From positions 1 to 64,000 of IMG/VR virus record IMGVR_UViG_2824993554_000003: a stretch of DNA of 64,000 nt; one strand, given 5' to 3'. A program made the translations under genes and the position numbers. The DNA is from a virus. Lineage: Duplodnaviria; Caudoviricetes. Shown piece after piece: positions 47,497 to 56,895 of this stretch (position 1 is the first letter of the stretch; each line of letters opens with the position of its first letter). The notes under the pieces were generated by a model. It was not told the DNA's origin and did not search any database. It was given only the letters and a program-made list of their open reading frames with translations.

Positions 47497-47751
47497 ATGC
47501 TCGTCCATAACTGGCGCGAGGTGCTGAAGCTTGCCTGGTCGGTGCGGCTGATGGCGCTTGCGCTGCTCATCATCATTCTAGAGCCCGTCTACCTCTTCTT
47601 CGCGGCGACCTGGGTATCTCACAACATCTACATTCAGCTCGGCATGTCGGTAGTGACCGGGCTTCTCGCTGCGGCGGCGATCGTCGCCCGCATCTTCGTT
47701 CAACGGAAAATCTCAGGAGACCTCAATGGCAAACCGCCTGCAGAAGGGTAG
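47497..47751 (+). CDS. Holin (probable)
   Basis: NWREVLKLAWSVRL, two TM segments, upstream of endolysin. Confidence 0.75.
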   Translation: MLVHNWREVLKLAWSVRLMALALLIIILEPVYLFFAATWVSHNIYIQLGMSVVTGLLAAAAIVARIFVQRKISGDLNGKPPAEG

Positions 47752-48190
47752 TGCCGCCGCGGCCATGGCCGTGGCGCTCGTCGGCTCGTTCGAGGGGCTT
47801 CGCCAGAATGCCTATCCGGATCCGGCAACGCAGGGGCAGCCGTGGACGATCTGCTACGGCAGCACCAATGGCGTGAAACCTGGCGACCGCAAGACGGTCG
47901 AGCAATGCAAGGCGCTGCTGGCGCTGGAGCTGCAGACCTATGCCAAGGGGATCGATGGCTGCGTGCGCGTGCCGCTGCCGGATCCTCGCTTCGTCGCGCT
48001 AACGTCATTTGCTTACAATGTCGGCATCAAGGCAGCCTGTGGTTCGAGCGCGGTCAAGCTCATCAACCAGGGTCGGACCGCCGAGGGCTGCGAGGCGCTG
48101 CTGAAGTGGAACCGCGCCGCCGGCATCACCTTTCCCGGCCTGACGCGGCGCCGGCAGAAAGAGCGCCAGTTCTGCCTCGAGGGGATTTGA
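47726..48190 (+). CDS. GH24 lysozyme endolysin, possibly SAR type
   Basis: FEGLRQNAYPD..WTICYGST, FAYNVG, GLTRRR. Confidence 0.93.
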   Translation: MANRLQKGSAAAAMAVALVGSFEGLRQNAYPDPATQGQPWTICYGSTNGVKPGDRKTVEQCKALLALELQTYAKGIDGCVRVPLPDPRFVALTSFAYNVGIKAACGSSAVKLINQGRTAEGCEALLKWNRAAGITFPGLTRRRQKERQFCLEGI

Positions 48191-48549
48191 TGTTCGGCCT
48201 GTCGAAACCCATCGCGATCGGCTTGGCGGCGCTGGCCTTGCTGCTCGCCATCTCCGGCCTCGTCTTCGGGTCCATCCGCGAAATCCGTTCCATGGTCGAC
48301 GCCGCCGCATCCTCCGCCAAGGCGCTCTCCGACGCCGAGTGGACGGCGAAAACCGAAAAGTCCAATGCCGAGGCGAACAAGAAGATCGCCGACCAGGCGA
48401 ACGCCGTCATCCAGATCCAGGCGGACGCGAGCGATCGCGTCAACGCCGCTTCCCAGCAGCTCGAGGAATTGAGGAAACGAAATGCGGCCCTTCCTGATGG
48501 TGGCGCTATTGGCCTTTCCCGCGATCGTGTCCGGATGCTCCCTGACTGA
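48190..48549 (+). CDS. i-spanin (Rz-like)
   Basis: N-terminal TM plus coiled coil after the endolysin. Confidence 0.75.
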   Translation: MFGLSKPIAIGLAALALLLAISGLVFGSIREIRSMVDAAASSAKALSDAEWTAKTEKSNAEANKKIADQANAVIQIQADASDRVNAASQQLEELRKRNAALPDGGAIGLSRDRVRMLPD

Positions 48550-48757
48550 CCGGCCGGCGCCCGTCGTCATCACCAAGGTGGTGAAGCCGGTGCTGCCGCC
48601 GGAATGCCGGAAGGAAACGCCGGCGCTTTCGCCGAAGCCCGACCGGGGCATGTCGCAGCAGGAGATCTTCGACAACTGGTCTGAAGATCGCACGGCCCGC
48701 AACATCGGCGAGGCGCGACGTGCGGCGTGCGTAACCGCGGTCGACGCGGCGAACTGA
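48482..48757 (+). CDS. o-spanin (Rz1-like lipoprotein)
   Basis: Lipobox VSGC, Pro-rich, overlaps the i-spanin. Confidence 0.75.
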   Translation: MRPFLMVALLAFPAIVSGCSLTDRPAPVVITKVVKPVLPPECRKETPALSPKPDRGMSQQEIFDNWSEDRTARNIGEARRAACVTAVDAAN

Positions 48758-48858
48758 ACTTTCGAGTGAACGAGATCCTGCGCTGCCGGCTGGCTGCGTA
48801 GCGCGAAACCGCGTGGCTTAGCCGCGCCGAAAACCACCTCAATCAAGGAGACTGAACC

Positions 48859-49194
48859 ATGGCAATTTCTGGTGCTCATGTGCAGTGCGGCTACGTCAAG
48901 GACGTCCGCGGCGCGAAGCTGTTCTTCCCGATCTGGTCGGAGACGATCACTCTCGGGCAGAGCACCACGCAGAGCGCGCCTTCGACGCTCTCGGCAGAAG
49001 ATGCTGCTTCGCTGGTGTTCCGCGTCCGGGCGCCGGCCAGCGGTGAAATGTTTGCGGTGGCGGGATCGTCTCCCGATGCGAGCCAGGCGGTCGGCTCGAC
49101 GGAGAACACTGCGCGTTCGCATTTCCTCGCGAGCGATGAAAAGGACATTCCGATCCGGCTTGCCGGGTGGAAATGCAACGTTGTGAGCGCCTGA
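48859..49194 (+). CDS. Hypothetical protein
   Basis: AAGGAG RBS. Confidence 0.7.
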   Translation: MAISGAHVQCGYVKDVRGAKLFFPIWSETITLGQSTTQSAPSTLSAEDAASLVFRVRAPASGEMFAVAGSSPDASQAVGSTENTARSHFLASDEKDIPIRLAGWKCNVVSA

Positions 49195-49196
49195 TC

Positions 49197-50861
49197 ATGG
49201 CGGGCGTTGCAACGAGACTTGCCAATATTCGCGGGCTGGCGAAGACGGTCGAGAAGATCGTCGATCGCCGGCCCTTCTCCGCCAGGGAGCGTGCCAGCCA
49301 CCCACAATGGGTGCCAAATCCGAACCGCTACATGCCGGCGGCGACCGGAATTCATTGGTCGCAGAGCTTTGTGCAGACCTATGCGGACGGCCTGAATTAC
49401 CAGTGCTCAAAGCTGTTCTTTGGCTCGCCGGATTATCCCACGAACAATTTCCTGATACCCTACCTGGGCTTCGGGTTGACTGATGGCGGCAATGCACCGC
49501 AAGAGACGATCAACCCCAACGGCGATATGCTCCTTGATGGGTCAAACTTCGTTCATCCGGACGGCAACAAGTATCCAGTTCTTTTCGGTGGAAACGTTGC
49601 AGGAGCCGTTACAGCGGCTACCGGCGTGCTCTTCGGTCTACTCACGCTTCCCGACTGGCTTCCGCCCTGGTCTATCTACGGTATTGAAACCTACTATCAT
49701 GGCACAGTAGGGAACACCTACATCGGTGGCTATCGCTGCCAGCGCCATCGTGGGGAGAAGTATTGGGCAGCCGGCGATCTCGCGTCTGTCCAAACGCTCG
49801 CAACAGCCGATGGTCCGAGCACCGCAGATCTCGACCCCGACGCCCGCTACAACGCAGTTGGTAACGTCTCCACGTCACAGCCGCTGGCCTATGGTCCCGC
49901 GCAGATTTTCGCCAAGGGCTGGGACGGTCGTCCGGTCGCTATGGTTCTCTCGGACAGCCTAGTTGAGCGGCAGGAAATCGCCGCATCCGCCGACGCACGA
50001 CGCAACATGGGCGTGGTCGGCCGGTGGCTCGATCAGCGCGATCCTGTGTGGGGCAGCACACCGCATATCATCATGGGCTTGCCCGGAGCCAAATCCGCAA
50101 ACGAGCTGAATGCGAGCGCACTGCTACGCTGGAACAGCTTCCTGGACGCGGTCAAAAACACCTACAACGGCGGTCTGGATGCTTGGACATTTGGCCTCGA
50201 CCAGTCGGGCCGCAACGACAACAATGCGACGGCCGCGACCTGGCTTGGATCCAAGACGGCGCTGCCGGGCACCCGGATCAGAAACAGGTATGGCGCGGGA
50301 ACGCGCATTGTTGGCATGACAATCTTGCCGACAATGGGCTCGACCGATGGCGGCCGGACAGTCGCGGCCTACACCGTCTCGACGCTGTGGGATGCGGTCT
50401 CAGGGACGCTCAAGACGGTAAACGACGGCATCAAGGCGAGCGCCGTTTACAATGCGGTCATCGATCTGCAGGCGGCCTTCATGTCGAGCAGCGACCCGTT
50501 GCGCGCGGCGGCGGCTGAAAATTTCCCCCTCGGCAACGTCATCGGCCATCCCGGCAATCAGGACGGGATGACGACATGGGACACGATGAAACTACCGAAT
50601 ACCGTTCTTCTCGGCGCGCGCGTCATGTTCGAATATCAGCCGGGATTGTGGACGAGCCGGACGCTTATCAGCAAGACGGATAATGGCGACGGGACAGCCG
50701 ACTATAAGGTCGCCGAGGTGCTGGCGACGAACGTGCAGGACAATGCAACGCTGCTTGGCCATGCCTTCACGGCTGCCGATTTTGTCCACCCTGCGCTCTA
50801 CGCTGTCCTTAGGACGGTGGGCAGGTTGCCGCAGGCCGAGAAGGCAAAATTCTATCCGTAA
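49197..50861 (+). CDS. SGNH/GDSL hydrolase-like protein
   Basis: VLSDSL (block I), GLPG (II), SGRND (III), DFVHP (V). Confidence 0.65.
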   Translation: MAGVATRLANIRGLAKTVEKIVDRRPFSARERASHPQWVPNPNRYMPAATGIHWSQSFVQTYADGLNYQCSKLFFGSPDYPTNNFLIPYLGFGLTDGGNAPQETINPNGDMLLDGSNFVHPDGNKYPVLFGGNVAGAVTAATGVLFGLLTLPDWLPPWSIYGIETYYHGTVGNTYIGGYRCQRHRGEKYWAAGDLASVQTLATADGPSTADLDPDARYNAVGNVSTSQPLAYGPAQIFAKGWDGRPVAMVLSDSLVERQEIAASADARRNMGVVGRWLDQRDPVWGSTPHIIMGLPGAKSANELNASALLRWNSFLDAVKNTYNGGLDAWTFGLDQSGRNDNNATAATWLGSKTALPGTRIRNRYGAGTRIVGMTILPTMGSTDGGRTVAAYTVSTLWDAVSGTLKTVNDGIKASAVYNAVIDLQAAFMSSSDPLRAAAAENFPLGNVIGHPGNQDGMTTWDTMKLPNTVLLGARVMFEYQPGLWTSRTLISKTDNGDGTADYKVAEVLATNVQDNATLLGHAFTAADFVHPALYAVLRTVGRLPQAEKAKFYP

Positions 50862-50874
50862 CGCCAACAACCCA

Positions 50875-51711
50875 CTATCGAATATCTTCCAGCTCCGACT
50901 TGTTTTCTTCTAGGACTACTTCGTAAGCAGGAGTGCCATATCCGCCTAGGAGGTAAACATAGACAACAATGCGGCGCTGCACCGTCTTGATAGATAGGAA
51001 ATGCAGGTGTCTGCGTTTGCGAACCTGTTGGGCGGGCTCCATCCCCACGAAGTTGTATATATCGCTCCGCCTACCAAACAGAATGTCAAGGACGGGCGCT
51101 GTGTCGAAACCGTCTAATCCCTTCTCTGCGACTGCGAAACAGTACGCGATTTTAAGGACTGAAAGGGCCATCGAGGTATGATCATATCGATGCTTCGTGG
51201 CGATACTTCCTCCGAGTGGCTGCCACGGCTTTCCCGTGTGTACCGTGTACGTTCGCGGCTTCTGAAGCGAACCGCCTCGTTCAGTTCCAGCAAGAATACC
51301 TGCTCGTTGAAGGCCAGTTATACTGAGAATTGGAGGGTACTGCTCGACCTTCAGGATCACTTCCTGTTCGAGGGCCATCTCCTCGGGATAGCCTTCTGAT
51401 GGATTTAGAATTGCGGGAGGCAATGAAGGAGGGGTCGATTTTCTTCGTGCGCGCTTGAGCCGGAGGATAATGCGAGGCACCAGTAGATCGGCGTACATCG
51501 CCTTGTGCTCGAAGGTATTTGACATGGCCCTGCAGAGTTCGCAGCACGCCTTCTCGATGACAACGCTGCCTTCAAGCTGAAGCGGTATAATGTGCTCGTC
51601 CGTCAATTCGTTCGGCGGAAAAACCTTCAGACAGTATATGCATTTGCCAAATGAGGGATAAGTTTTTGGCGTCATAGGCAGGGGGTCAAGTACGTTGTCA
51701 ATGGCGGGCAA
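50875..51711 (-). CDS. HNH endonuclease domain protein (moron; start may be 51675)
   Basis: CIYC..TDEHIIP..G...CCELC..N. Confidence 0.75.
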   Translation of the reverse strand: MPAIDNVLDPLPMTPKTYPSFGKCIYCLKVFPPNELTDEHIIPLQLEGSVVIEKACCELCRAMSNTFEHKAMYADLLVPRIILRLKRARRKSTPPSLPPAILNPSEGYPEEMALEQEVILKVEQYPPILSITGLQRAGILAGTERGGSLQKPRTYTVHTGKPWQPLGGSIATKHRYDHTSMALSVLKIAYCFAVAEKGLDGFDTAPVLDILFGRRSDIYNFVGMEPAQQVRKRRHLHFLSIKTVQRRIVVYVYLLGGYGTPAYEVVLEENKSELEDIR

Positions 51712-52083
51712 TAGAAGGACCTCCGTGTGGGCAAATTCCCCATAACTGATTCAGGGATGGCAAAGCGAGTCCAACCGAAGCATCGGCGGCTTGATCCGTG
51801 CGCGGTCCAGAATCCTCGGCGCCATCATCGAGTTTTAAGCGAAGGCGGCTTCTCAGGCAAAGGGGCAGACGGCAGCGGCGGATCGAGTTTTCCCATTATC
51901 GGCCGCCTGCACGGCATACGTCGAGCGCGTGAGGCTGGAACTCGGCGAGAACTTCCGCTGGATCAATCAGCGCTGGAAGTGGCCGCAGACAATCGAGATC
52001 TCCTCGCCGACGACTGCGCGGCCTGGGGTAGGGACATGCAGACGCATTACGCGGGCAGCCGCTGATAGATTGGCAGATGACGA

Positions 52084-52359
52084 ATGATACCTATTCCGCC
52101 AGAGGTGGCCAAATGGATGCTACAGAATGGCGGCGTGTTTGCCGTCACGACACTGATCTTTCTCGGTCTCTATCTTTATGAACGTTATGGCAGAGCGAAA
52201 GACAGGGCGGCGTTCGACGAAGCCCTGGCTAAGGCGCAGCAGGAACATGTCGCTACCCTTAAACTCGTAACCCCGCTTGCGCAGAAATTCACCGACACAA
52301 TGGATGTGATCCTGCCTCTCGCCATGGCGCAGATTAACGGCAGGAGGAGGGGCGAATGA
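52084..52359 (+). CDS. Single-TM protein (holin/antiholin-like)
   Basis: TM segment plus helical tail. Confidence 0.6.
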   Translation: MIPIPPEVAKWMLQNGGVFAVTTLIFLGLYLYERYGRAKDRAAFDEALAKAQQEHVATLKLVTPLAQKFTDTMDVILPLAMAQINGRRRGE

Positions 52360-52550
52360 TGCTGCTCAAGTGGTTCCGACGGTCGCGCGGGAGATGGGCT
52401 CTGTGGGTCGATCCCGATGTCGAGGAGGAAAAACGCGTGCTTCAGGCAAAGCTTGCGCAGACTGTCGTGACCTTTGAGCGCCGGCGCAATGGTGTCCACC
52501 AGGTGGCGTCCGAGACGCTGAATATCTTAAAGAAGGGAAAGCACCGATGA
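52356..52550 (+). CDS. Hypothetical protein
   Basis: ATGA coupling on both sides. Confidence 0.6.
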   Translation: MMLLKWFRRSRGRWALWVDPDVEEEKRVLQAKLAQTVVTFERRRNGVHQVASETLNILKKGKHR

Positions 52551-53023
52551 AGCGGCTGAAAACGAGCATTGCGGCCTGGTCTGCCTTGTCGGCCGTTGTT
52601 TCCTTCTGGCTGCTCAACATCTTCATTCCCTACGAGCGGATGGTCGAGATCTCCTCAAGCCTGGTGCTCGGCGTGACCTTTGCTGTGCTGATGCGGTGGG
52701 CAAGCGACGCGGCAAGGGCGCTGCGCTCCGGCCGGGAAGGGCCGGACTTCCTGATCGTCGCGGTCTTCTCGATCGTGTTGATCATTTTCTTTCAGCGCGT
52801 GTGGGTGATCGTCGTGCGGTACTATGATCGGGCCGAGCATTTGGTCAATTCGCCGGTGAGCGCCTTCATCGCCTGGATGCTCGCCTGGGCTTGCATGCTG
52901 GTGCTGATCGCGCCCGACGCCGAAAACGGCACGATTGGCGGCCGCGGCCGCGTGTTCGTCGGCGTGGCGCTGTTCATCGCCGGGATGGTTTCGGGACTGG
53001 GTTTGGCGCTGGCGATCGTCTAG
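52547..53023 (+). CDS. Multi-pass membrane protein
   Basis: About five hydrophobic segments. Confidence 0.7.
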   Translation: MKRLKTSIAAWSALSAVVSFWLLNIFIPYERMVEISSSLVLGVTFAVLMRWASDAARALRSGREGPDFLIVAVFSIVLIIFFQRVWVIVVRYYDRAEHLVNSPVSAFIAWMLAWACMLVLIAPDAENGTIGGRGRVFVGVALFIAGMVSGLGLALAIV

Positions 53024-53255
53024 CGGCATTCCATGCGCTAACTGCCCGCCAAGTCTGATGCTCCAGCTGCGCGGCCGCGCTGCGAAAGAATGGCGCCGTT
53101 TCGACGGTGATTTTCTCTCCGCACGCTGCGCATGACACAATCGAGACCGGGCCATAGGAGGCCTGAGGCCGGTGCTTGGGCTGGCATCGTGCGATCTCCG
53201 GGATCGCGTCCTCGACAGACGTAAATCGCCAGCGCATCACTCCTCCCTCATTCAA
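52974..53255 (-). CDS. Hypothetical protein with CxxC
   Basis: GGAGGAG RBS before the internal MRWRF start; CAAC. Confidence 0.45.
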   Translation of the reverse strand: MNEGGVMRWRFTSVEDAIPEIARCQPKHRPQASYGPVSIVSCAACGEKITVETAPFFRSAAAQLEHQTWRAVSAWNAARRSPAPNPVPKPSRR

Positions 53256-53302
53256 CTATTATCCCGTCCAGTAGCGAAAACCTTCATAAGCTTGCTGACA
53301 AT

Positions 53303-53328
53303 AAAAAAAGCCCCGCCGAAGCAGGGGC
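53303..53328 (-). terminator. Intrinsic terminator
   Basis: GCCCC stem plus T7 on the minus strand. Confidence 0.75.
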
Positions 53329-53550
53329 AGTTGGGGAAACTCGAGATGAAGTGGAGATGCCTTGTTCATCATGCCATGTGCGGGCCACGCAGAAGGGAAG
53401 GAAGGGACCATTGCCCTCTGCGCGGCCCGAACCCCTTATAAGGGGCAGATCGCGAATAGACAGGGTAGATGCTATCCAACGATCCAAGCGGTTAACCACC
53501 AGTCGGCGGATGCGGTTCCCGTACGGTTGCGCACAAATCATTTCGCCGGA

Positions 53551-53748
53551 TCAGATCAGAAGCCTTAGCAGCGCTTCCTCGTCCTTCACCCCATGCCGGA
53601 ATGACTGTATAATCCGGCTGGCTAGATCCTCACGCTCAGCGTCTGTGTTGATTTGCTTCACCAAAACGACGTGGTCATAGACCCTTTGGCAGAGCGCCAC
53701 CTCGGCCTCGTTCAGCACGTTTTGCGCTACGGTTTGGAATGGAAGCAT
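53551..53748 (-). CDS. 65-aa protein, copy A
   Basis: Near-identical to 56323..56523; AAAGGGG RBS. Confidence 0.75.
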   Translation of the reverse strand: MLPFQTVAQNVLNEAEVALCQRVYDHVVLVKQINTDAEREDLASRIIQSFRHGVKDEEALLRLLI

Positions 53749-53917
53749 GGTGGCCCCTTTCCAGCACAACATACAACGAAAAAAAGCCGATGCTAGGGCG
53801 AATGTGGACTTACTACAGGAGAAGCGTATGGTGGCTATATCGTCAGCAACCGAAAACGTAGGCGTTGGCGGCTGAAGGTTCTCATGTGCCTCCGCCTGCA
53901 AGTAGCGGTGTGCAACA

Positions 53918-54109
53918 ATGAACAAGGACCTCTTCGAGGCCGCGATTGAATCCTCCCTTCTTCGATTAGACCAATCATACAAGCTGCTAAGATCAACCCT
54001 CCCGGATCGATATCTCCCCGATGTGTCAGCGAAACGCAGCTTCTCCACGTCAGATTCAGAGCAACCGACGCCAAGCTCTCTAAAAAAGCCGAAGCTGCCC
54101 TTCAAGTGA
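53918..54109 (+). CDS. Hypothetical protein
   Basis: ORF only. Confidence 0.4.
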   Translation: MNKDLFEAAIESSLLRLDQSYKLLRSTLPDRYLPDVSAKRSFSTSDSEQPTPSSLKKPKLPFK

Positions 54110-54178
54110 GGTGCGGCCGGCGTGCCGCGCGTTGTTGACCTGCGGGTGGATCGGGCTCCGTTTCACATCACGGTCTGG

Positions 54179-54367
54179 TCATGGCCAGTATACAGCGTCC
54201 TGATCAGCGCATTCCTCCGGGCTCAATTCGTTCCCCAACTCGCGCCAATAGATTGGAGCGATTCTGTCACAGTAGGTTTTTGGATCCAGCCCAAAGGGTC
54301 TGCGGCCTGTGCGGCAATGGAGAGTTACGCGTTGAAAGAACCGTTCGCAGAATTCCTCTTTGGTCAT
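54179..54367 (-). CDS. Hypothetical protein
   Basis: ORF with protein-like composition. Confidence 0.55.
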   Translation of the reverse strand: MTKEEFCERFFQRVTLHCRTGRRPFGLDPKTYCDRIAPIYWRELGNELSPEECADQDAVYWP

Positions 54368-54489
54368 ACAAATAAACTGCGCGGGGCTGGAAATCGTTCA
54401 ACTGAAGTGCGGCTGTACCGCGCTTTCAACAGCTCCGCCGGGGGCCACAGCTTTGGTGCTCGTAATTTTGAACTCAAAGTTTGGCGCCC

Positions 54490-54828
54490 TCAGCGGCGAC
54501 CTGTCGATGTCGCGCATCTTTCCTCCTGGAACTGCCAGCCCGCTTTTGGCTTAGGCCATCCATTCTTCGCTGCCCGGAAATCGGCTTCCATCTCGGCTTT
54601 CGCCTTCGCTGCCGTGGGGCCAGTCGCCCAGACAGTGATGCGCATGCGGCCCGCTCTAAACACGAAGCGGCGCTCGGAGGCGTTCTTGCCGGCGGTATAG
54701 CCTGCTCGAAAGCAGGCGCGCGCAGTCGACGGGGTAACACTGTCTCGGAAAGAGCCCCGCTGCGATCGCCACCAGTCGTTAAATGCCACATCGAAGGCCA
54801 CGGCTTTTGGTTGAAGACGATCCAGCAT
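54490..54828 (-). CDS. Hypothetical protein
   Basis: Second gene behind the LexA box. Confidence 0.6.
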   Translation of the reverse strand: MLDRLQPKAVAFDVAFNDWWRSQRGSFRDSVTPSTARACFRAGYTAGKNASERRFVFRAGRMRITVWATGPTAAKAKAEMEADFRAAKNGWPKPKAGWQFQEERCATSTGRR

Positions 54829-54829
54829 A

Positions 54830-55030
54830 TCAATCTCGCTCGTAGCTCGGCCGCCACCCGCGCACGATGCCTCGGCCCATGGCGCCTTCGGTTAAAACTA
54901 ACTGCCAGCGGAGGTGGCGAATGTCTCCCAGGAGGGTCCCTATCGCTGCTTTCACGTCACCTTTGTGATAGGCAAGCACTTCTGCAATCTCATCATCAAC
55001 CACGGCTTCGCCGATCGGCTGCTCGCGCAT
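54830..55030 (-). CDS. Hypothetical protein, probably SOS-controlled
   Basis: GGAG RBS; LexA box 50 bp upstream. Confidence 0.65.
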   Translation of the reverse strand: MREQPIGEAVVDDEIAEVLAYHKGDVKAAIGTLLGDIRHLRWQLVLTEGAMGRGIVRGWRPSYERD

Positions 55031-55079
55031 ATCCGTGCTCCATATTGTCGGTCTTCAGATTGGCGGCCGCATCGCCGAT

Positions 55080-55094
55080 GTTCTTATTATGTTC
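55080..55094 (-). promoter_or_regulatory. LexA (SOS) box
   Basis: GTTC-TTATTAT-GTTC. Confidence 0.78.
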
Positions 55095-55138
55095 GCCCGA
55101 TGCCGGGAGTCAATAATCAATCTTGTGCAATTGCTCTT

Positions 55139-55340
55139 TAAGCTGTTGCTGATGTCATGTCGGCATGACAAAGCCGCCTCGCAAGTCTGCCCAGCCGCTG
55201 CTCGGTAAAGCCGAAGCGCCGACCCGAAGCAGGCCGCGCAAAAGACAGGGCCAGGCATGGCTCGATGCGCGCCGGCATTGGATCGAGGAGAAGGTTCGGC
55301 TGGGCTGGATCGCGCTTTTGAAGTCGCGCCCGCCGAAAGG
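55139..55340 (+). pseudogene. Degenerate copy of the 5' end of the ligase gene with an internal inversion
   Basis: Aligns to 57246..57443; MTKPPRKSAQPL vs MTKAPRKLSKPL. Confidence 0.8.
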
Positions 55341-55370
55341 CGTGTGCCGGCGCCGTGGCGTTGCACCGGC

Positions 55371-55586
55371 TCAGTGAGTGGTGCAAACCATTTTAATCAA
55401 AGCAGCAAGTTGATCGCCCTCAAGGATCGCGTAACGATGGGTGCCAGTGCGAACAAGGATCTCGATCGCCTGAAGCTCGTCGATGTTCTCCCCAGCGTAT
55501 TCGACTGCTGCTTGCAGCGAGATGAAATTCTTATTCACAGTGCCGGGGAGCCAGCTATGAACGGTGACAAGAGCAGGCGAAGGCAT
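55371..55586 (-). CDS. Hypothetical protein
   Basis: ORF with protein-like composition. Confidence 0.5.
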   Translation of the reverse strand: MPSPALVTVHSWLPGTVNKNFISLQAAVEYAGENIDELQAIEILVRTGTHRYAILEGDQLAALIKMVCTTH

Positions 55587-55736
55587 TTGGTTTCCGATCT
55601 ACAATTTCGACGAGATGACAATATCAGAAAACAACCTGAATGCGCTTGTGACGAGTGTATCTGGTTACCGTTTGATTGACGTCGTCGATTGCCACGTTCT
55701 GATGCTGCGCGGGCGGCCATTGTTCAGCGCCTTCAA

Positions 55737-55763
55737 TAAAAAAGAGCCCCGCCGAGACGGGGC
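55737..55763 (-). terminator. Intrinsic terminator homologous to 53303..53328
   Basis: GCCCCG stem plus T-run on the minus strand. Confidence 0.7.
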
Positions 55764-56322
55764 AATTTTGGAAAGGACGGATCGCACAGGAAGGGACGAG
55801 TTACATACGGCCCCGTCACAAAGGGCCACCCGCGCGATCCGTCCCTCTAACCGACAAAGCAATTGTTAGGTCCTGTACGGTTTCGGACAGAGGGATTTAG
55901 CCGGCCAAAGTCGAATCATACAATGAGAGAATATTGCCGACACAGTTTCGCCAGCCGGAAGAAAACCCCGCTTCGCGGGGCTTTAAATGCAGAAGTGTCC
56001 GATTTCGTACAAAGCAGTCTGCTACCGATACAACCACATTGCAATTTCTGCTAACCTTCATATGGTCGCTCAGCGATCTGCTAAACCCCAAGCATCTACT
56101 TCTCCTGTGCGTTGGGCGGCCGCTAATTTTCTAATTGCTCCAGGCGGCCGCGCAGAAGCGGTTGGAAGAAGGAGTAGACCATAACCTCTGCGCGGTCTGA
56201 ACCCCTGGAAGGGGTAGATCGCGAATAATTCAGAGCAAACGCTATTCGACGATCCAAGTGGTTAACCACCAGTCGGAGGATGCCGTTCCCGTACAGTTCC
56301 GCACAAATCATTCCGCCGCGGA

Positions 56323-56523
56323 TCAAACTAGGAGCCGCAGCAGCGCTGCCTCGTCCTTCACCCCATGCCGGAATGACTGTATAATCCGGCGGGCTAAATC
56401 CTCACGCCCAACGTCTGTGTTGATTTGCTTCACCGAAATGACGTGGTCATAGACCCTTTGGCAGAGCGCCACCTCGGCGTCGTTCAGCACGTTTTGCGCC
56501 TGCGCACTATGGAACGGGATCAT
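56323..56523 (-). CDS. 66-aa protein, copy B
   Basis: Paralog of 53551..53748; GGGAGGG RBS. Confidence 0.75.
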   Translation of the reverse strand: MIPFHSAQAQNVLNDAEVALCQRVYDHVISVKQINTDVGREDLARRIIQSFRHGVKDEAALLRLLV

Positions 56524-56607
56524 GACGGCCCTCCCTTCCCTATAAAAAGGGTAGGGCGGAAAAGGGCCGGATCAAGCGTGGAGGCTGTGGACTATCGGTC
56601 GCACCAG

Positions 56608-56895
56608 TCATTCTTCTTCGTCGGTTGCGAGCGGCCGGTGTGAAGGCGTCCGGTCCACCGCGCCGCTCGACACGATCCGCAAGCCCTTTTCAGCCAGTAG
56701 CTCTTTCAGCTTTCCCTTGGCGATTAGCGCCAGCTTCCGTTCCTTCATGCACTTCGCGTGCGATCCGATCTGCGGCGTGTCTATGCCCGAGAACGGAATA
56801 CCTTCCCCCAACAACCGCATGTTTTGCCCGTCGCATTTTACAGTGTCGCCATCGACCGCCGTCAGCGATGCGCAGAAGATCAATTCAGCGATCAT
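56608..56895 (-). pseudogene. Truncated thermonuclease (SNase)-like gene
   Basis: VDGDT, RLLG, GIDTP motifs; C-terminal half missing. Confidence 0.7.

Noticed and set aside
51727-52065. 112-aa ORF between HNH and the membrane cassette
   Set aside because: No RBS or recognisable motif; may be a gene remnant.
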